The notes below the pieces were generated by a model. It ran no database searches, was not told where the DNA came from, and saw only the letters and a list, made by a program, of their open reading frames with translations. A stretch of 63,740 bases of DNA, the filler included, from Anaerolineae bacterium (GTDB taxonomy: Bacteria; Chloroflexota; Anaerolineae; Epilineales; Epilineaceae), in the NCBI GenBank assembly GCA_029262755.1. It is 8 parts of 8 records of this genome, joined end to end, with 100 filler letters (N's around TTAATTAATTAA, not from the genome) between each part and the next. Parts side by side here need not be neighbours in the genome. Positions count along the whole stretch, not along the records: positions 13,206 to 16,414 come from JAJCYU010000365.1; positions 16,515 to 29,264 come from JAJCYU010000366.1; 6 more parts are not named here. One strand, given 5' to 3'. Below, piece by piece: positions 13,497 to 24,885 of the stretch (its first letter is position 1; every line of letters starts with the position of its first letter). Made by a program: the position numbers and the translations under genes.

Positions 13497-14993
13497 ATGT
13501 CCGTACTTTCCCTTCGCCGCTGGTTCGTCGCGGCTGCTGCCGCGGCCGCCGCGGTAGCCATCCTGGGCACCGCCACGGCGCCCGGTAGCAGCCTCTCAGC
13601 CGCGCCCGCTGCGCTGGTCTGTGAGTGGACCACCGCTGATCGTCAGAACACCGGCCACTACCATGCGGCTAACGCCTACGACAGCCAGAACAATGCCATC
13701 TACTACTTCGGTGGCGTCGATCAGAGTGGCGACGCGTCCTCGTTCCTCGGCGCGCTGGACACCACGGATCCCGACATCACGAAAGCCAGCATGGCCACCA
13801 AGCGCCCATCGGGTCTGCCCCAGATTTACGGCGCGGCAGGCTTCTTCCGCGTAGACGGCACCGATGCCGACAAGTCAGCGGCCTACTTCGTCGGCGGCAG
13901 CAAGAACGGCCAATTGGACGAGGGCGAGGGTGAGAACAGCGTGTATCGCTACACGCCCGCGAGCAACGTCGTTGACATCCTGACCGTGAGCGGCAACCTG
14001 CCCGACGTACTCCACGGGGCCGTTGCTTACGATCCGGACAACAACCAGGCCGTATTCTATGGCGGCACGAGCCAGTGCAGCGCCGTTAACGAGCCGGACA
14101 GCAATCAGTGTGCGGGCGCCAACCAGTTGGCCCAGACCCGCGTGTTGAAGTTTGACGACATGGGCGGCGCCACCTGGACGCAGGTGCAGGCCGGCTCGCG
14201 GCCGGGTTCGGTCTACGGCCACTCGATGGTCTACGACTCGGCCAACAAGCAAATGCTGCTCTTCGGCGGCACCACCGACGGCGGCCGTGCCAACGGCGAC
14301 GTGTACGCGTTGGCGCTCGCGCCGGCCATCGGCACGTGGACGCGCATCGCGCAGGGCGGCCCCCGGGCGCGCTTCTTCCACAGTGCGGCCTATGACAGCA
14401 ACCAGAATTGGATGATCATCAGCGGCGGTATCGCGAGTGGTCTGCACACGAACCGCGAGAACACCTTTGACGACACGTGGGCCCTCGACATGACGGATCC
14501 CGCGATGCCGACCTGGGTTGACCTGGATACCAGCCCGCTCGGTGTCAAGGATCGTGTCGGCGCCTCGATGGCCTTCGCGGCCAACGCGATGTCGGCCGTG
14601 GTGCACGGCGGTCGCTCGAAGTTCCAGGCCGGCGGCAACCGCCCGACCGGTAACAGCGACGGTTTGATCTGCGTGGACCTGCCTGACACGCCGACGCCGC
14701 CTCCGGCGACGGCGCGCCCAACGGCCGGGCCGCGCCCGACCGGTGGCGCTGGTGGCGACCCGTGGGTTCCGCCGGCAGCCGAGCCGGCCAGTTGTCCGCA
14801 GCTGCAGGGTCGCGTGCCCGACGCCGCTGTCGCGGCCGCTCTGGCCAACCCGCCGCAGGACTACATGCTCTGCAACCCGAACGTTCCGATCGGTCCGGAC
14901 AACCTGTATCGCGACAAGCTGTCGCTGCAGGACGGCAACAAGCCGTACCACCCGATCTTCAACCGCTTGCAGTGGAAGTGCGGCTGTCAATAG
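13497..14993 (+). CDS. Secreted Kelch-type beta-propeller protein with Pro/Thr linker and Cys-containing C-terminal domain
   Basis: AAGGAG upstream of ATG 13497; Ala-rich signal peptide; repeats like YGHSMVYDSANKQMLLFGG and RFFHSAAYDSNQNWMIISGG; PTPPP linker; C-terminus ends WKCGCQ. Confidence 0.8.
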   Translation: MSVLSLRRWFVAAAAAAAAVAILGTATAPGSSLSAAPAALVCEWTTADRQNTGHYHAANAYDSQNNAIYYFGGVDQSGDASSFLGALDTTDPDITKASMATKRPSGLPQIYGAAGFFRVDGTDADKSAAYFVGGSKNGQLDEGEGENSVYRYTPASNVVDILTVSGNLPDVLHGAVAYDPDNNQAVFYGGTSQCSAVNEPDSNQCAGANQLAQTRVLKFDDMGGATWTQVQAGSRPGSVYGHSMVYDSANKQMLLFGGTTDGGRANGDVYALALAPAIGTWTRIAQGGPRARFFHSAAYDSNQNWMIISGGIASGLHTNRENTFDDTWALDMTDPAMPTWVDLDTSPLGVKDRVGASMAFAANAMSAVVHGGRSKFQAGGNRPTGNSDGLICVDLPDTPTPPPATARPTAGPRPTGGAGGDPWVPPAAEPASCPQLQGRVPDAAVAAALANPPQDYMLCNPNVPIGPDNLYRDKLSLQDGNKPYHPIFNRLQWKCGCQ

Positions 14994-15042
14994 GTTGAAC
15001 CTCGCCGTCGCGCGGCTTTTCTAAGCACGACGACAACGTTTA

Positions 15043-15085
15043 GAAACGCCCCGCCCGGAGATTCCGGGCGGGGCGTTTTCGTTTC
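15043..15085. terminator. Intrinsic terminator, probably bidirectional
   Basis: AAACGCCCCGCCCGGA-GAT-TCCGGGCGGGGCGTTT: 16-bp perfect stem with a T-rich tail, between convergent genes. Confidence 0.85.
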
Positions 15086-15121
15086 CCTGTGTAGATCACG
15101 TCGATCATTCCCGCGACAGAT

Positions 15122-15937
15122 CTATGTGGAACGCAGCCGCTCGATCTCTGTTCGAGTCGCCGCCGGATCGTTCGTGAGCACCGCGTCGACGTTCTGACGC
15201 AGGTAGCGCGGCAATCGCCGGTGCAGGTCGGGGTCGAGCGGCGCCACCCAGCGTCCCCGCCACCGTGCCATGCGCGAATAGAGGGGGTTGGCCGCCAAGA
15301 TCGGCCACGACACCCCCACGAGCTCGGTCCATTGTGTCGGCAAAGGGTTGCGCATCGAGATGTGACCCACGATTACGTCCGGGGCAACCGTCTTCAACGC
15401 ACGGAGCTGGGAAAGGCTAAACGACAGCGCGAACACGCGACGACCTTCGACGCGCTCAGCGATCAGCTGCGCTAACTCCCATGCGGCGTCCGGGTCCGCC
15501 AACCGCGGATCTTTGAGCTCCAGGGCGAGCACGACATCCGACGGCGCGAGTTGCTGAAGCTCATCCAATGTGAGAATGCGCTCGTGGGGATAGTCCGCAT
15601 CGAAGCGCGAGTGCAAGCGCAGTGATTGGACCTCGGCCAACGTCATCGAATCGAGGCGCCGTGGGTCCCCCGTCATGCGCTCGGCAGTCGCATCATGGTG
15701 GCATACCAAGTGGCCGTCGGTCGTGCGCCACAGGTCCGTCTCCAGCACGTCGGCTCCGGCTTGCACTGCCAGCTCGAACGCGGCCGCGCTGTTCTCCGGT
15801 CCATGTGCGCTATCCCCCCGATGCGCCATGATCCACGGCCTTGGCCGCGCCAGAAGTCCGGGGGGAGCCGCGGGTCGTTTCGGTACAGCGATTGAAGATG
15901 CCTGTGCGGGTTGTGCCGCGTCGATATTCGATGTCAT
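15122..15937 (-). CDS. Glycerophosphodiester phosphodiesterase
   Basis: AHRG, PENS, ETDL, CHHD, LELK and TNDP motifs. Confidence 0.92.
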   Translation of the reverse strand: MTSNIDAAQPAQASSIAVPKRPAAPPGLLARPRPWIMAHRGDSAHGPENSAAAFELAVQAGADVLETDLWRTTDGHLVCHHDATAERMTGDPRRLDSMTLAEVQSLRLHSRFDADYPHERILTLDELQQLAPSDVVLALELKDPRLADPDAAWELAQLIAERVEGRRVFALSFSLSQLRALKTVAPDVIVGHISMRNPLPTQWTELVGVSWPILAANPLYSRMARWRGRWVAPLDPDLHRRLPRYLRQNVDAVLTNDPAATRTEIERLRST

Positions 15938-16079
15938 GGCGCGGCATCATACCCTACAATCGGCCCCGACCGCAGTGGATTCGACTCTCCGTTATGTCGC
16001 GTTGAGAGTGCTCTGCGCGCCGACACGATGTCAGCCCCCATGGAGACGTCGCGCAGCGCAACACCGGCTCGCCTACAGG

Positions 16080-16414
16080 ATGCCCATGACCGCAACGACG
16101 GCGTTTGAGTCCCGAATGACAGCGCTCCAAGCCCGTTTGGAGACGAGCGCTCTTCCTGGACCGGCGGCGCACGGGCAGATGGCTGTCGAAGGCCGTCCCG
16201 CGCACGACCCCGCCCGTGTTGCCGCAAGCCGGCGCGCGGCCGCGTTGGTCTTGATCTACCCCAATGCCGATGGACCGTACGTAGCGCTCACCGAACGGCA
16301 TGCGAATCTGCGCGATCATGCCGGGCAGATCTCGTTACCGGGGGGTCGTATTGATACCGGCGAGACGGTAGTCGATGCAGCGCTGCGGGAGGCGTGGGAA
16401 GAGCTGGCCATCAT
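16080..16414 (+). CDS. Nudix hydrolase, CoA pyrophosphatase (NudL-like), 3' truncated
   Basis: AAALVLIY, LTER...LRDHAGQISLPGG, Nudix box ALREAWEE. Confidence 0.9.
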
Positions 16415-16514
16415 NNNNNNNNNNNNNNNNNNNNNNNNNNNNNNNNNNNNNNNNNNNNTTAATTAATTAANNNNNNNNNNNNNNNNNNNNNNNNNNNNNN
16501 NNNNNNNNNNNNNN
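16415..16514. other. Artificial contig linker
   Basis: N44-TTAATTAATTAA-N44. Confidence 0.97.
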
Positions 16515-17000
16515 CCATCGTCCGCCGCGCGCCGCCACGTGAAGCGCCGGCCGTCGGTCGCGACGCGCGGCGCTAGCGGCGCGGGGGATGCGGGGGGCGC
16601 GGGCGCAGGTGGCGTCGCGGTCGCAGGAAGCGACGCGGGAGTCGCGGGCCTCGCGATCGTTGCGGGCGACGAATCGGATCGATGCGCCGGAGTTCGGGTG
16701 ACGGCGATGGCGGCTCGCCTCCTGGCCATGGGGCGAAGGGCCGCGCCCCGCGGGTGTGATGTACTAAGTATCTTGTGACGAACTACGTAAGGTGTGACGC
16801 ACCAAGTATAGCGGGGCGCTGTGGGCCGTTCGGGGCGGCCGTCCGCACCCATTCCGCACCCGGACGGTGTGGCGCTGGGCTCAGGCCGAGGCGTCGAGAG
16901 GCGCGTCTGGATGCAGCGACCCTCGTTCGCTCGACCCTGGCGGCGACCGCGCTCGCCTTCTACAATCGAGCCGCGCGATTCGGTGGTTCTCGATGAGCGC

Positions 17001-17084
17001 GGGGCGGTGGCGGAACTGGCAGACGCGACGGACTTAAACTCCGTTGGGGTCAAACCCGTCCGGGTTCGAATCCCGGCCGCCCTA
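17001..17084 (+). tRNA. tRNA-Leu(UAA); CCA end not encoded
   Basis: Acceptor stem GGGGCGG/CCGCCCT plus discriminator A; D-arm TGGCGGAACTGGCAGACGC; anticodon stem ACGGA/TCCGT with loop CTTAAAC; long variable arm GGG-TCAAA-CCC; T-loop GGTTCGAATCC; TACAAT -10-like box at 16961. Confidence 0.95.
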
Positions 17085-17285
17085 TGTGTAGTTTCTGGCG
17101 GGCGGCCTCCGTCTGATAATCGACGGACGCCTGGTCCTGGCTCACATTAACGCGGAAACGGTGTCCGCCCTCGTGCAGGTCTCACTGCCTGACGGCAGGT
17201 ACGACCTGGTCATCGAGAGCGAACACCGTACTCCAGCGCACACCGTGGTCCAGCGAATCTCCGGCGCGAACCTTAGATCCGAACC

Positions 17286-17888
17286 TTAGGCTTTGGGCCG
17301 CAGCAGCTTGGAAAGCACCACGCCGATGCCGATGCCGGCGATGACGGCCTTGACCGGATGCTTGCGGGCCGTGGTCGCAGCGTCGCGAAGGATTGCGTCC
17401 GGTGGTGTGGAGCGCAGATAGTCGGCGCTTCGGTCGACCTGCTCGGCACCCGTCTCCGCCCAATCCTCGGGATCGATCTTGCGTGCACCGGTGCGGATCT
17501 TTTCTGCGAGCTGCGCGGCCTTCTCGCCGGCGTAGTCCGTGATATTGTCGGTGCGCCGCTCGACCTTGCGCGTGGTCGTCTCGAAGCCGTTCTGCAGGCT
17601 GTTGCCCGCGGACGTTGCGCTCGCCTCGACTCGGTCCGTAGCCCGATCCGCCACATCGTGGGCACGCTCGGTGACCTCGTGTGCGCGCTCACCGACGACG
17701 TTTGCGGCCTTCGCGAGCTTGTCGGCGGTGCGTTCCGTCCAACGCTTGGTCTTGCGCGCCCCGTCCTCGACTGCGACGACGGTCGTTTCCTTCGCGCGAT
17801 CGATCTTGTTCTCCGCGGCGTCCGCGGCATCGGCGACACGATCCTTGAATTCGTTCATGTTGGAATCGCGCTTCGTCTTGATCTTCAT
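17286..17888 (-). CDS. ElaB/YqjD(DUF883)-like tail-anchored protein with LEA-like helical repeats
   Basis: GGAGG before ATG 17888; hydrophilic helical repeats; C-terminal ARKHPVKAVIAGIGIGVVLSKLLR anchor. Confidence 0.7.
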   Translation of the reverse strand: MKIKTKRDSNMNEFKDRVADAADAAENKIDRAKETTVVAVEDGARKTKRWTERTADKLAKAANVVGERAHEVTERAHDVADRATDRVEASATSAGNSLQNGFETTTRKVERRTDNITDYAGEKAAQLAEKIRTGARKIDPEDWAETGAEQVDRSADYLRSTPPDAILRDAATTARKHPVKAVIAGIGIGVVLSKLLRPKA

Positions 17889-18088
17889 GAGTACCTCCAA
17901 AGTTCCATGGGAAGCGACGCCCGGCAATGTAGCAGCCCTCGCGGGGCTCGCATGCGGATCACCGCTCTATTCGAAACATCGTCTGCTTTCAGCCTAACCG
18001 AATCCGATGCGCAGGGTAACGGACCTTCGGACAGCGTCACCCCGTACGCGTCGGCTACGGCGACCTGTCGTGGTCGACAGGATGGTCC

Positions 18089-18499
18089 TTAGCGGGAGTC
18101 GGCCGCGAAGGTCTCGAGCCTCACCGCAACGTCGGGAAAGCCGCGCGCAACTCGCCTATCCGAAGTGACCAACGGCACCCCAAGATCCACCGCGAGGGCT
18201 GCAAACTCGGCGTCGTACGAGGAACAACCGCTCTCCGTGGCCGCCAAGAGCGCGCGGGCCGGAGCCACCTCGTATTCGCGACCATGCATTCGATCTAGCG
18301 CGGCGGCTTGAATTGCCAACGCATCATCGACGCTCAGCCCGTCATTGCGGACGTACGTGGCCAGGATGTTGGATAGCTCGCTACGCCAAAGCCATGGGGC
18401 CGCCCAGTCCGGATCCCGCCGCAAAACGGCTTCGGCAGCCGCGGACCGCTCACCAGGGAGAAACAAGTATGCGATCACGTTCGTATCGACGACGATCAC
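18089..18499 (-). CDS. vapC: PIN-domain toxin (VapC/FitB family)
   Basis: GTG start overlaps the antitoxin stop (GTGA); IVVDTNV, SEL, SSYDAEF, LVTSD PIN motifs. Confidence 0.9.
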   Translation of the reverse strand: MIVVDTNVIAYLFLPGERSAAAEAVLRRDPDWAAPWLWRSELSNILATYVRNDGLSVDDALAIQAAALDRMHGREYEVAPARALLAATESGCSSYDAEFAALAVDLGVPLVTSDRRVARGFPDVAVRLETFAADSR

Positions 18500-18738
18500 G
18501 GCCGTCCTGCGCGCTTCGCAGCGTCCAGACTTTCGTCGTCTACGATGTACATGGCCGTCCGTTCGCGGATCATACGCGCCTCGGCCAGGGTCGTCTCGAC
18601 GTCCTTGCGGCGGCTGCCGACGGCGCGCTCGAGACATACGATGATCTCGCTGTTGATACTGCGCCGGTTCGCGTTCGCGAGGTGGCGCACCCGCTCGTAC
18701 AGCGCTTCCGGGATGTTCTTTACAGTTATGTTGGTCAT
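18496..18738 (-). CDS. Arc/FitA-like ribbon-helix-helix antitoxin (80 aa)
   Basis: MTNITVKNIPEALYERVRHLANANRRSINSEII; GGAG RBS; directly upstream of the PIN toxin. Confidence 0.88.
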   Translation of the reverse strand: MTNITVKNIPEALYERVRHLANANRRSINSEIIVCLERAVGSRRKDVETTLAEARMIRERTAMYIVDDESLDAAKRAGRP

Positions 18739-18899
18739 CTTGAGGCTCCATGCCGAGCGGTTCCATTTCGGTTGCACCATGATACCATGCCATCGTGAGA
18801 CTTGCCCTCGCCATCCCCCACACCCCTGCATCCGGTTCCCGCGCCCACGTTCCCGTGCTATCATCCCCCGCTTGCAATTTCGGGAGCCGGATGGCTCTC

Positions 18900-18946
18900 G
18901 TCCTTTCCGCTCCGGGCACGGTTCCGGGGCGACTCCGAGGAAAGGC
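18900..18946 (+). promoter_or_regulatory. Putative S6:S18-responsive rpsF leader hairpin sequestering the RBS
   Basis: CCTTTCC (18902-08) pairs with GGAAAGG (18939-45); inner stem GCTCCGG/CCGGGGC; CCG-containing internal loop; TGCTATCAT extended -10 near 18856. Confidence 0.55.
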
Positions 18947-18954
18947 ACACCTCC

Positions 18955-19284
18955 ATGAGACAGTACGAACTGTTGATGGTCCTGCAGCCGCAGCTCGACG
19001 ACGACGGTGTCAACACCGTGATCACGAACGTCAACGAGCGGCTGCAGAAGGATGGTGGCGAGATGGTGCTGACCGGACAGTTGTCCGATCGTAAGGGCAC
19101 CGTCAGTGAGGTCACGGAAGGGTGGAAGACCCGCCGGCTGGCCTACCCGATCGCCAACCACCGCGAGGGCTACTACGTGGTCCTGCGCTTCCAGTCGCCC
19201 CCCACGTACATCGATGAGTTGGAGCGCGGTCTGCGTCTCGACGAAGACGTGCTGCGCTACCTCACGGTGCGCGAGGACGAGTAG
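18955..19284 (+). CDS. rpsF: 30S ribosomal protein bS6
   Basis: MRQYELLMVLQP, W..RRLAYPI, EGYY, VLRYL. Confidence 0.95.
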   Translation: MRQYELLMVLQPQLDDDGVNTVITNVNERLQKDGGEMVLTGQLSDRKGTVSEVTEGWKTRRLAYPIANHREGYYVVLRFQSPPTYIDELERGLRLDEDVLRYLTVREDE

Positions 19285-19455
19285 GGCGACGGTACGGCGC
19301 GCCGTCCATGCCGGCCTCTAGGCCGAGCGGACACCGAGGTGCGCCCGCGAAGGGTTTCCCCCAAGCACGTGTAACCAACCCGCCGACGCCATCCGGCGCG
19401 CGGGAACGGCGAACCGACCACGACGGTCGCTCGCCCGATCGATTAGGAGAACATC

Positions 19456-19761
19456 ATGGGTAGACGAAGTGATCGCAGTGGCGGCGGCGGAGACGATGGC
19501 GGCGGTGGCGGCCGGGGTAGAGGCCGTCGACCAGCCGACCTCCTCAAGGGCGTCGACAAGATCGATTACAAGAACATCGAGCTGCTCGAGCGTTTTCTCG
19601 AGAACGGCGGCCGGTTGCGCTCGCGGCGCCGGACGCGCACGGCGGCCATCGACCAGCGTAAGGTGACCCGTGCGGTAAAGCGCGCACGTCACGTGGGGCT
19701 GTTGCCGTACACGGCGGAGCAGGAACGCTTGACCCGCCGCAGCAGCCGCCGCCGCGACTGA
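19456..19761 (+). CDS. rpsR: 30S ribosomal protein bS18 (Cys-free form)
   Basis: IDYKNIELLERFL, QRKVTRAVKRARHVGLLPY; AGGAG RBS. Confidence 0.95.
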   Translation: MGRRSDRSGGGGDDGGGGGRGRGRRPADLLKGVDKIDYKNIELLERFLENGGRLRSRRRTRTAAIDQRKVTRAVKRARHVGLLPYTAEQERLTRRSSRRRD

Positions 19762-19885
19762 TCCGCGGGGCTCCTTCGTCCGCCCGATCGGCGCGCGACG
19801 GAGCCCACCACGCGGCCTCTTGGACCCTCACTCGCGCCGGTGTCCCACGTAGGACGTCCGATCGCGCGCAACTGCATGGAGAGCG

Positions 19886-22030
19886 ATGATGGCCCGTCGC
19901 CGACGGAATCGAGCCGAAGACGAAGCCGCCCAGCTACGCAAGGCGCGTCGCGAGATGCTGCGCGACCGCAAGATTGCCCAAGAACGTCGCAAGCTGACGG
20001 CCGCGCTGGCGCCGATCATCCTCTTTGTCGTAGGTCTGGTTGCCTACGGCTGGTTCCGGCTGGAGTACTGGCAGCCGCGCCAACCGGTTGCGCGTGTGGT
20101 CGGCACGGCTATCCAAGCAGACGACTACGGCAAGCGCGTTCAGTTCGCACGTAGGCAGACGCTCAACAACCTCAGCAACTTGCTCGGCTTCCTGCAATCG
20201 ACCGACCCAAGCTTCATCCAGAGCTACGTCGAGCAGCAGCGGACCGGCATTGCGCAGCAGACCCTCGACACGATGATCGACGAGGTGCTGATCCAGGCCG
20301 AGGCCAACGAGCGCGGCATTACCGTGACCGATGACGAGGTCGAGGAGCGCATCTGCGCAGAGCTCTCGACGGCCGTCGGCGCGACCGCCGACGACGGCGA
20401 CGATGCTACGGACGAAGACGCCGCGGAGGGCGAGGACGAGGCCGGCGACGGCGAGGAGGCCGCGGAAGACGCAGCTGAGGTCGCCGAGGAGGCGGAGGAC
20501 GCCGCGGACGAAGCGGCGGACGAGGTCGCCGACGCGGCGGAAGAGCAGGCCGAGGAAGACGCGGACGCAGCCGGCGATGACGAGGGCGCGGCGGAGCTCG
20601 TGGCCGAGGCCGCGGATGAGGCGGGCGACGCGGGTGAAGAGATCGCGGAGGAAGCGGAGGACGCTGCCGACGAGATCGCGGACGAGGTGGCCGACGCCGG
20701 TGATGCCTTGACAGACGACGGTGAATCCGACGAGGACGCAGCGAGCGAGGACGAGCCCGAGGACGACACGCTGGCCACTATCCCGGACGAGCCGGTGTGC
20801 GCGCTCGAGGGCGCTGAGTTGGACCGCACCTTCGAGCGAATCCTCGATCCGCAGCTCGAGCAGGCGGGCATGAACCGCCGCGACTACGAGAAGCTCGTTC
20901 GTGCGCAGCTGTTCAGCACGAAGTTCGCCGAGTCGCTGGGCGAAGAGCTTGACACCACGGCCGAGCAGGCCGAGATCGAGTACATGCTCTTCATCGATGA
21001 CGGCGTCGCCGACCAGGCCAGCGCGGCCCTCGCCGCCGGTGACGACTGGGACGATGTCGTCGCGCGCTTCCAGCGCCCTGAGGAACCGGACGTAGACGCC
21101 GACGAGCTAGGGGTCGATCCGGCGGCCGAGTTGGATGGTGTCGAGGTCGGAGATGAGGACGGCGCGGCGGACGATGCAGAGGCTGTCGACGACGAGGCTG
21201 CCGACGCAGCCGAGGAAGCAGCCGAGGAAGCGGAAGACGCCGCCGACGAGGCTGCGGATGAAGCAGCGGATGCAGAGGACGAAGCAGCCGACGAGGCCGC
21301 GGACGCCGCCGAAGAGCAGGCCGAGGGCGACGAGGGCCTGGTTGACGAGGTGGCCGACGAGGTCGGCGACGCCGCCGAGGAAATCGCGGAAGAGGCGGAG
21401 GACGCCGCGGAAGAGATCGCGGAAGAAGCAGCCGACGCAGCGGACGAAGTAGGCGACGAGCTTGCCGACGCGGCCGAAGAAATCGACGAAGCGCTCGAAG
21501 GCGACGAGGATGGCGACGAGGAAGGCGATGCAGAGGGTGATGACGCAGCCGAGGAGGCAGCAGAGGGCGATGAGGAGCCCGAGGCCGCGCCGACGCCGAT
21601 GCCGACCCCCGAACCGGAGCCCTTCTTCTACGAGATGAGCGAGGCTTCCTGGTACACGGCCGAGCAGATTCGCACGCGCTTGGGCCTGACGCAGGCCGAG
21701 GTCGACGCGGCCTTCGCGATGGAGCCGGGCTCGGTCACCGAACCGCTCGACGGCAGCCAGGGCGCTTACATCCTGCGCGTCCTCGATGTCGCGGAAGATC
21801 GTGAGATCGACGAAGCCGAGCTGCAGCGGCTCAAGGACGGTGCGCTCGAGGGTTGGTTGGCCGACGCGCGGCTCGAGAAGAGCAGCGAGATCAGCCGCTT
21901 CCCGACTACCGGCCTCGTGCCGGCCGAACCGGATTGGTTCGTGCAGGGCTACAACCAGCTCACGTCGAGCCTCGGCAGCGCTCCGCCTTTGGACTTGGGT
22001 GGTACAACCGGCGGCAGCCAGAGCCCCTGA
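19886..22030 (+). CDS. Membrane-anchored SurA/PrsA-like chaperone with two very large acidic insertions
   Basis: Basic N-terminus plus one TM helix; VARVVGTAI; LDTMIDEVLIQAEANERGITVTDDEV (SurA-N); AAFAMEPGSVTEPLDGSQGAYILRV (parvulin C-terminal half). Confidence 0.75.
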   Translation: MMARRRRNRAEDEAAQLRKARREMLRDRKIAQERRKLTAALAPIILFVVGLVAYGWFRLEYWQPRQPVARVVGTAIQADDYGKRVQFARRQTLNNLSNLLGFLQSTDPSFIQSYVEQQRTGIAQQTLDTMIDEVLIQAEANERGITVTDDEVEERICAELSTAVGATADDGDDATDEDAAEGEDEAGDGEEAAEDAAEVAEEAEDAADEAADEVADAAEEQAEEDADAAGDDEGAAELVAEAADEAGDAGEEIAEEAEDAADEIADEVADAGDALTDDGESDEDAASEDEPEDDTLATIPDEPVCALEGAELDRTFERILDPQLEQAGMNRRDYEKLVRAQLFSTKFAESLGEELDTTAEQAEIEYMLFIDDGVADQASAALAAGDDWDDVVARFQRPEEPDVDADELGVDPAAELDGVEVGDEDGAADDAEAVDDEAADAAEEAAEEAEDAADEAADEAADAEDEAADEAADAAEEQAEGDEGLVDEVADEVGDAAEEIAEEAEDAAEEIAEEAADAADEVGDELADAAEEIDEALEGDEDGDEEGDAEGDDAAEEAAEGDEEPEAAPTPMPTPEPEPFFYEMSEASWYTAEQIRTRLGLTQAEVDAAFAMEPGSVTEPLDGSQGAYILRVLDVAEDREIDEAELQRLKDGALEGWLADARLEKSSEISRFPTTGLVPAEPDWFVQGYNQLTSSLGSAPPLDLGGTTGGSQSP

Positions 22031-22158
22031 TCGCGTTTTTGTTCACCCATTATTCCGGCAAGTAAGGTCCAGCCGCCCCCGGCCGTCTCTTTGAGGCACC
22101 CGGGGGCGGCTCTATGCTTGCACGCCCCATCCCACGGGCTGAAACGAGGCTTCGGACG

Positions 22159-23982
<1,824 letters not shown>

Positions 23983-24270
23983 TAGGTTGGATTGGGGGGT
24001 TCGTAACCGGCAGCGCCCGGGGTCCGGCTTCCGCAGGGCTCGCGGACTGCGGAAATGCGGCGAAGCTCGTGCGTACGCGTTCAGCGCGTTTGCCAAGGGG
24101 ACGCACGATCGTCGGACCTGATCAAGGGGCGCCACCGCGACATCCACCACGCGCCGGGCTACCCGTCCCTGCCTGGCCACAAGGAAGTGGCCACGCTGCG
24201 GTGACTGCTCAGCGGCAATGGCTGCCGTATGGCGTAGGCGGACCCGAACACGCTACAAGAGGCGACACGG

Positions 24271-24885
24271 ATGGAGACTAATGACACGATCGTCGTCGTG
24301 CCCGCCAACGAGGCGAGCTGGCAGGACATCAGGGCGGTCTTCGGCACGCGCGGCGAGGCGTTCGGGTGCCAATGCCAACGATACAAGCTGCTACCAGGTG
24401 AGTCGTTCGCTTCGCTCCCCGTCGAGTCACGTGCCGACCGCTTGTATGAGCAGACACACTGCGGCCAACGGCGATCGGGTACGACGAGCGGCCTCGTCGC
24501 GTACCTTGACGGCGAGCCCATCGGTTGGTGCGCGGTCGAGCCCCGGACGGCGTATGTCGGGCTGGTGCGCGTGTACCGCGTTCCGTGGCTGGGACGCACC
24601 GAGGATCGATCTGATGACACGATCTGGGCTGTGACGTGCGTTTTTGCGCGCGCGGGTTTCCGCAAGCGCGGTGTCAGTCGCGCCCTCGCCCGCGCGGCGG
24701 TCGACTTCGCCCGAGAGCGCGGCGCTCGTGCCCTCGAAGCCTACCCGTTGCTCACGCAGCCGGGTCAAGGCGTTGTCTCGGGGGAGATGCATGTCGGCAG
24801 CCACACAATCTTCGCGGCCGCCGGTTTCAAGGAGGTCAGTCGACCCACACTTAGGCGGGTCGTAATGCGGATCGACTTTGAGTGA
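24271..24885 (+). CDS. GNAT-family N-acetyltransferase
   Basis: CQCQ, GWCAVEPR, WAVTCVF, FRKRGVSRAL acetyl-CoA motif, LEAYP. Confidence 0.88.
   Translation: METNDTIVVVPANEASWQDIRAVFGTRGEAFGCQCQRYKLLPGESFASLPVESRADRLYEQTHCGQRRSGTTSGLVAYLDGEPIGWCAVEPRTAYVGLVRVYRVPWLGRTEDRSDDTIWAVTCVFARAGFRKRGVSRALARAAVDFARERGARALEAYPLLTQPGQGVVSGEMHVGSHTIFAAAGFKEVSRPTLRRVVMRIDFE

Noticed and set aside
17170..17290. Short + strand frame LPDGRYDLVIE resembling a beta-sandwich fragment
   Set aside because: Too short and has no start codon; cannot be supported beyond chance
17001..18740. tRNA-anchored genomic island (tRNA followed by a TA pair)
   Set aside because: No integrase, and I found no duplicated tRNA 3' end downstream
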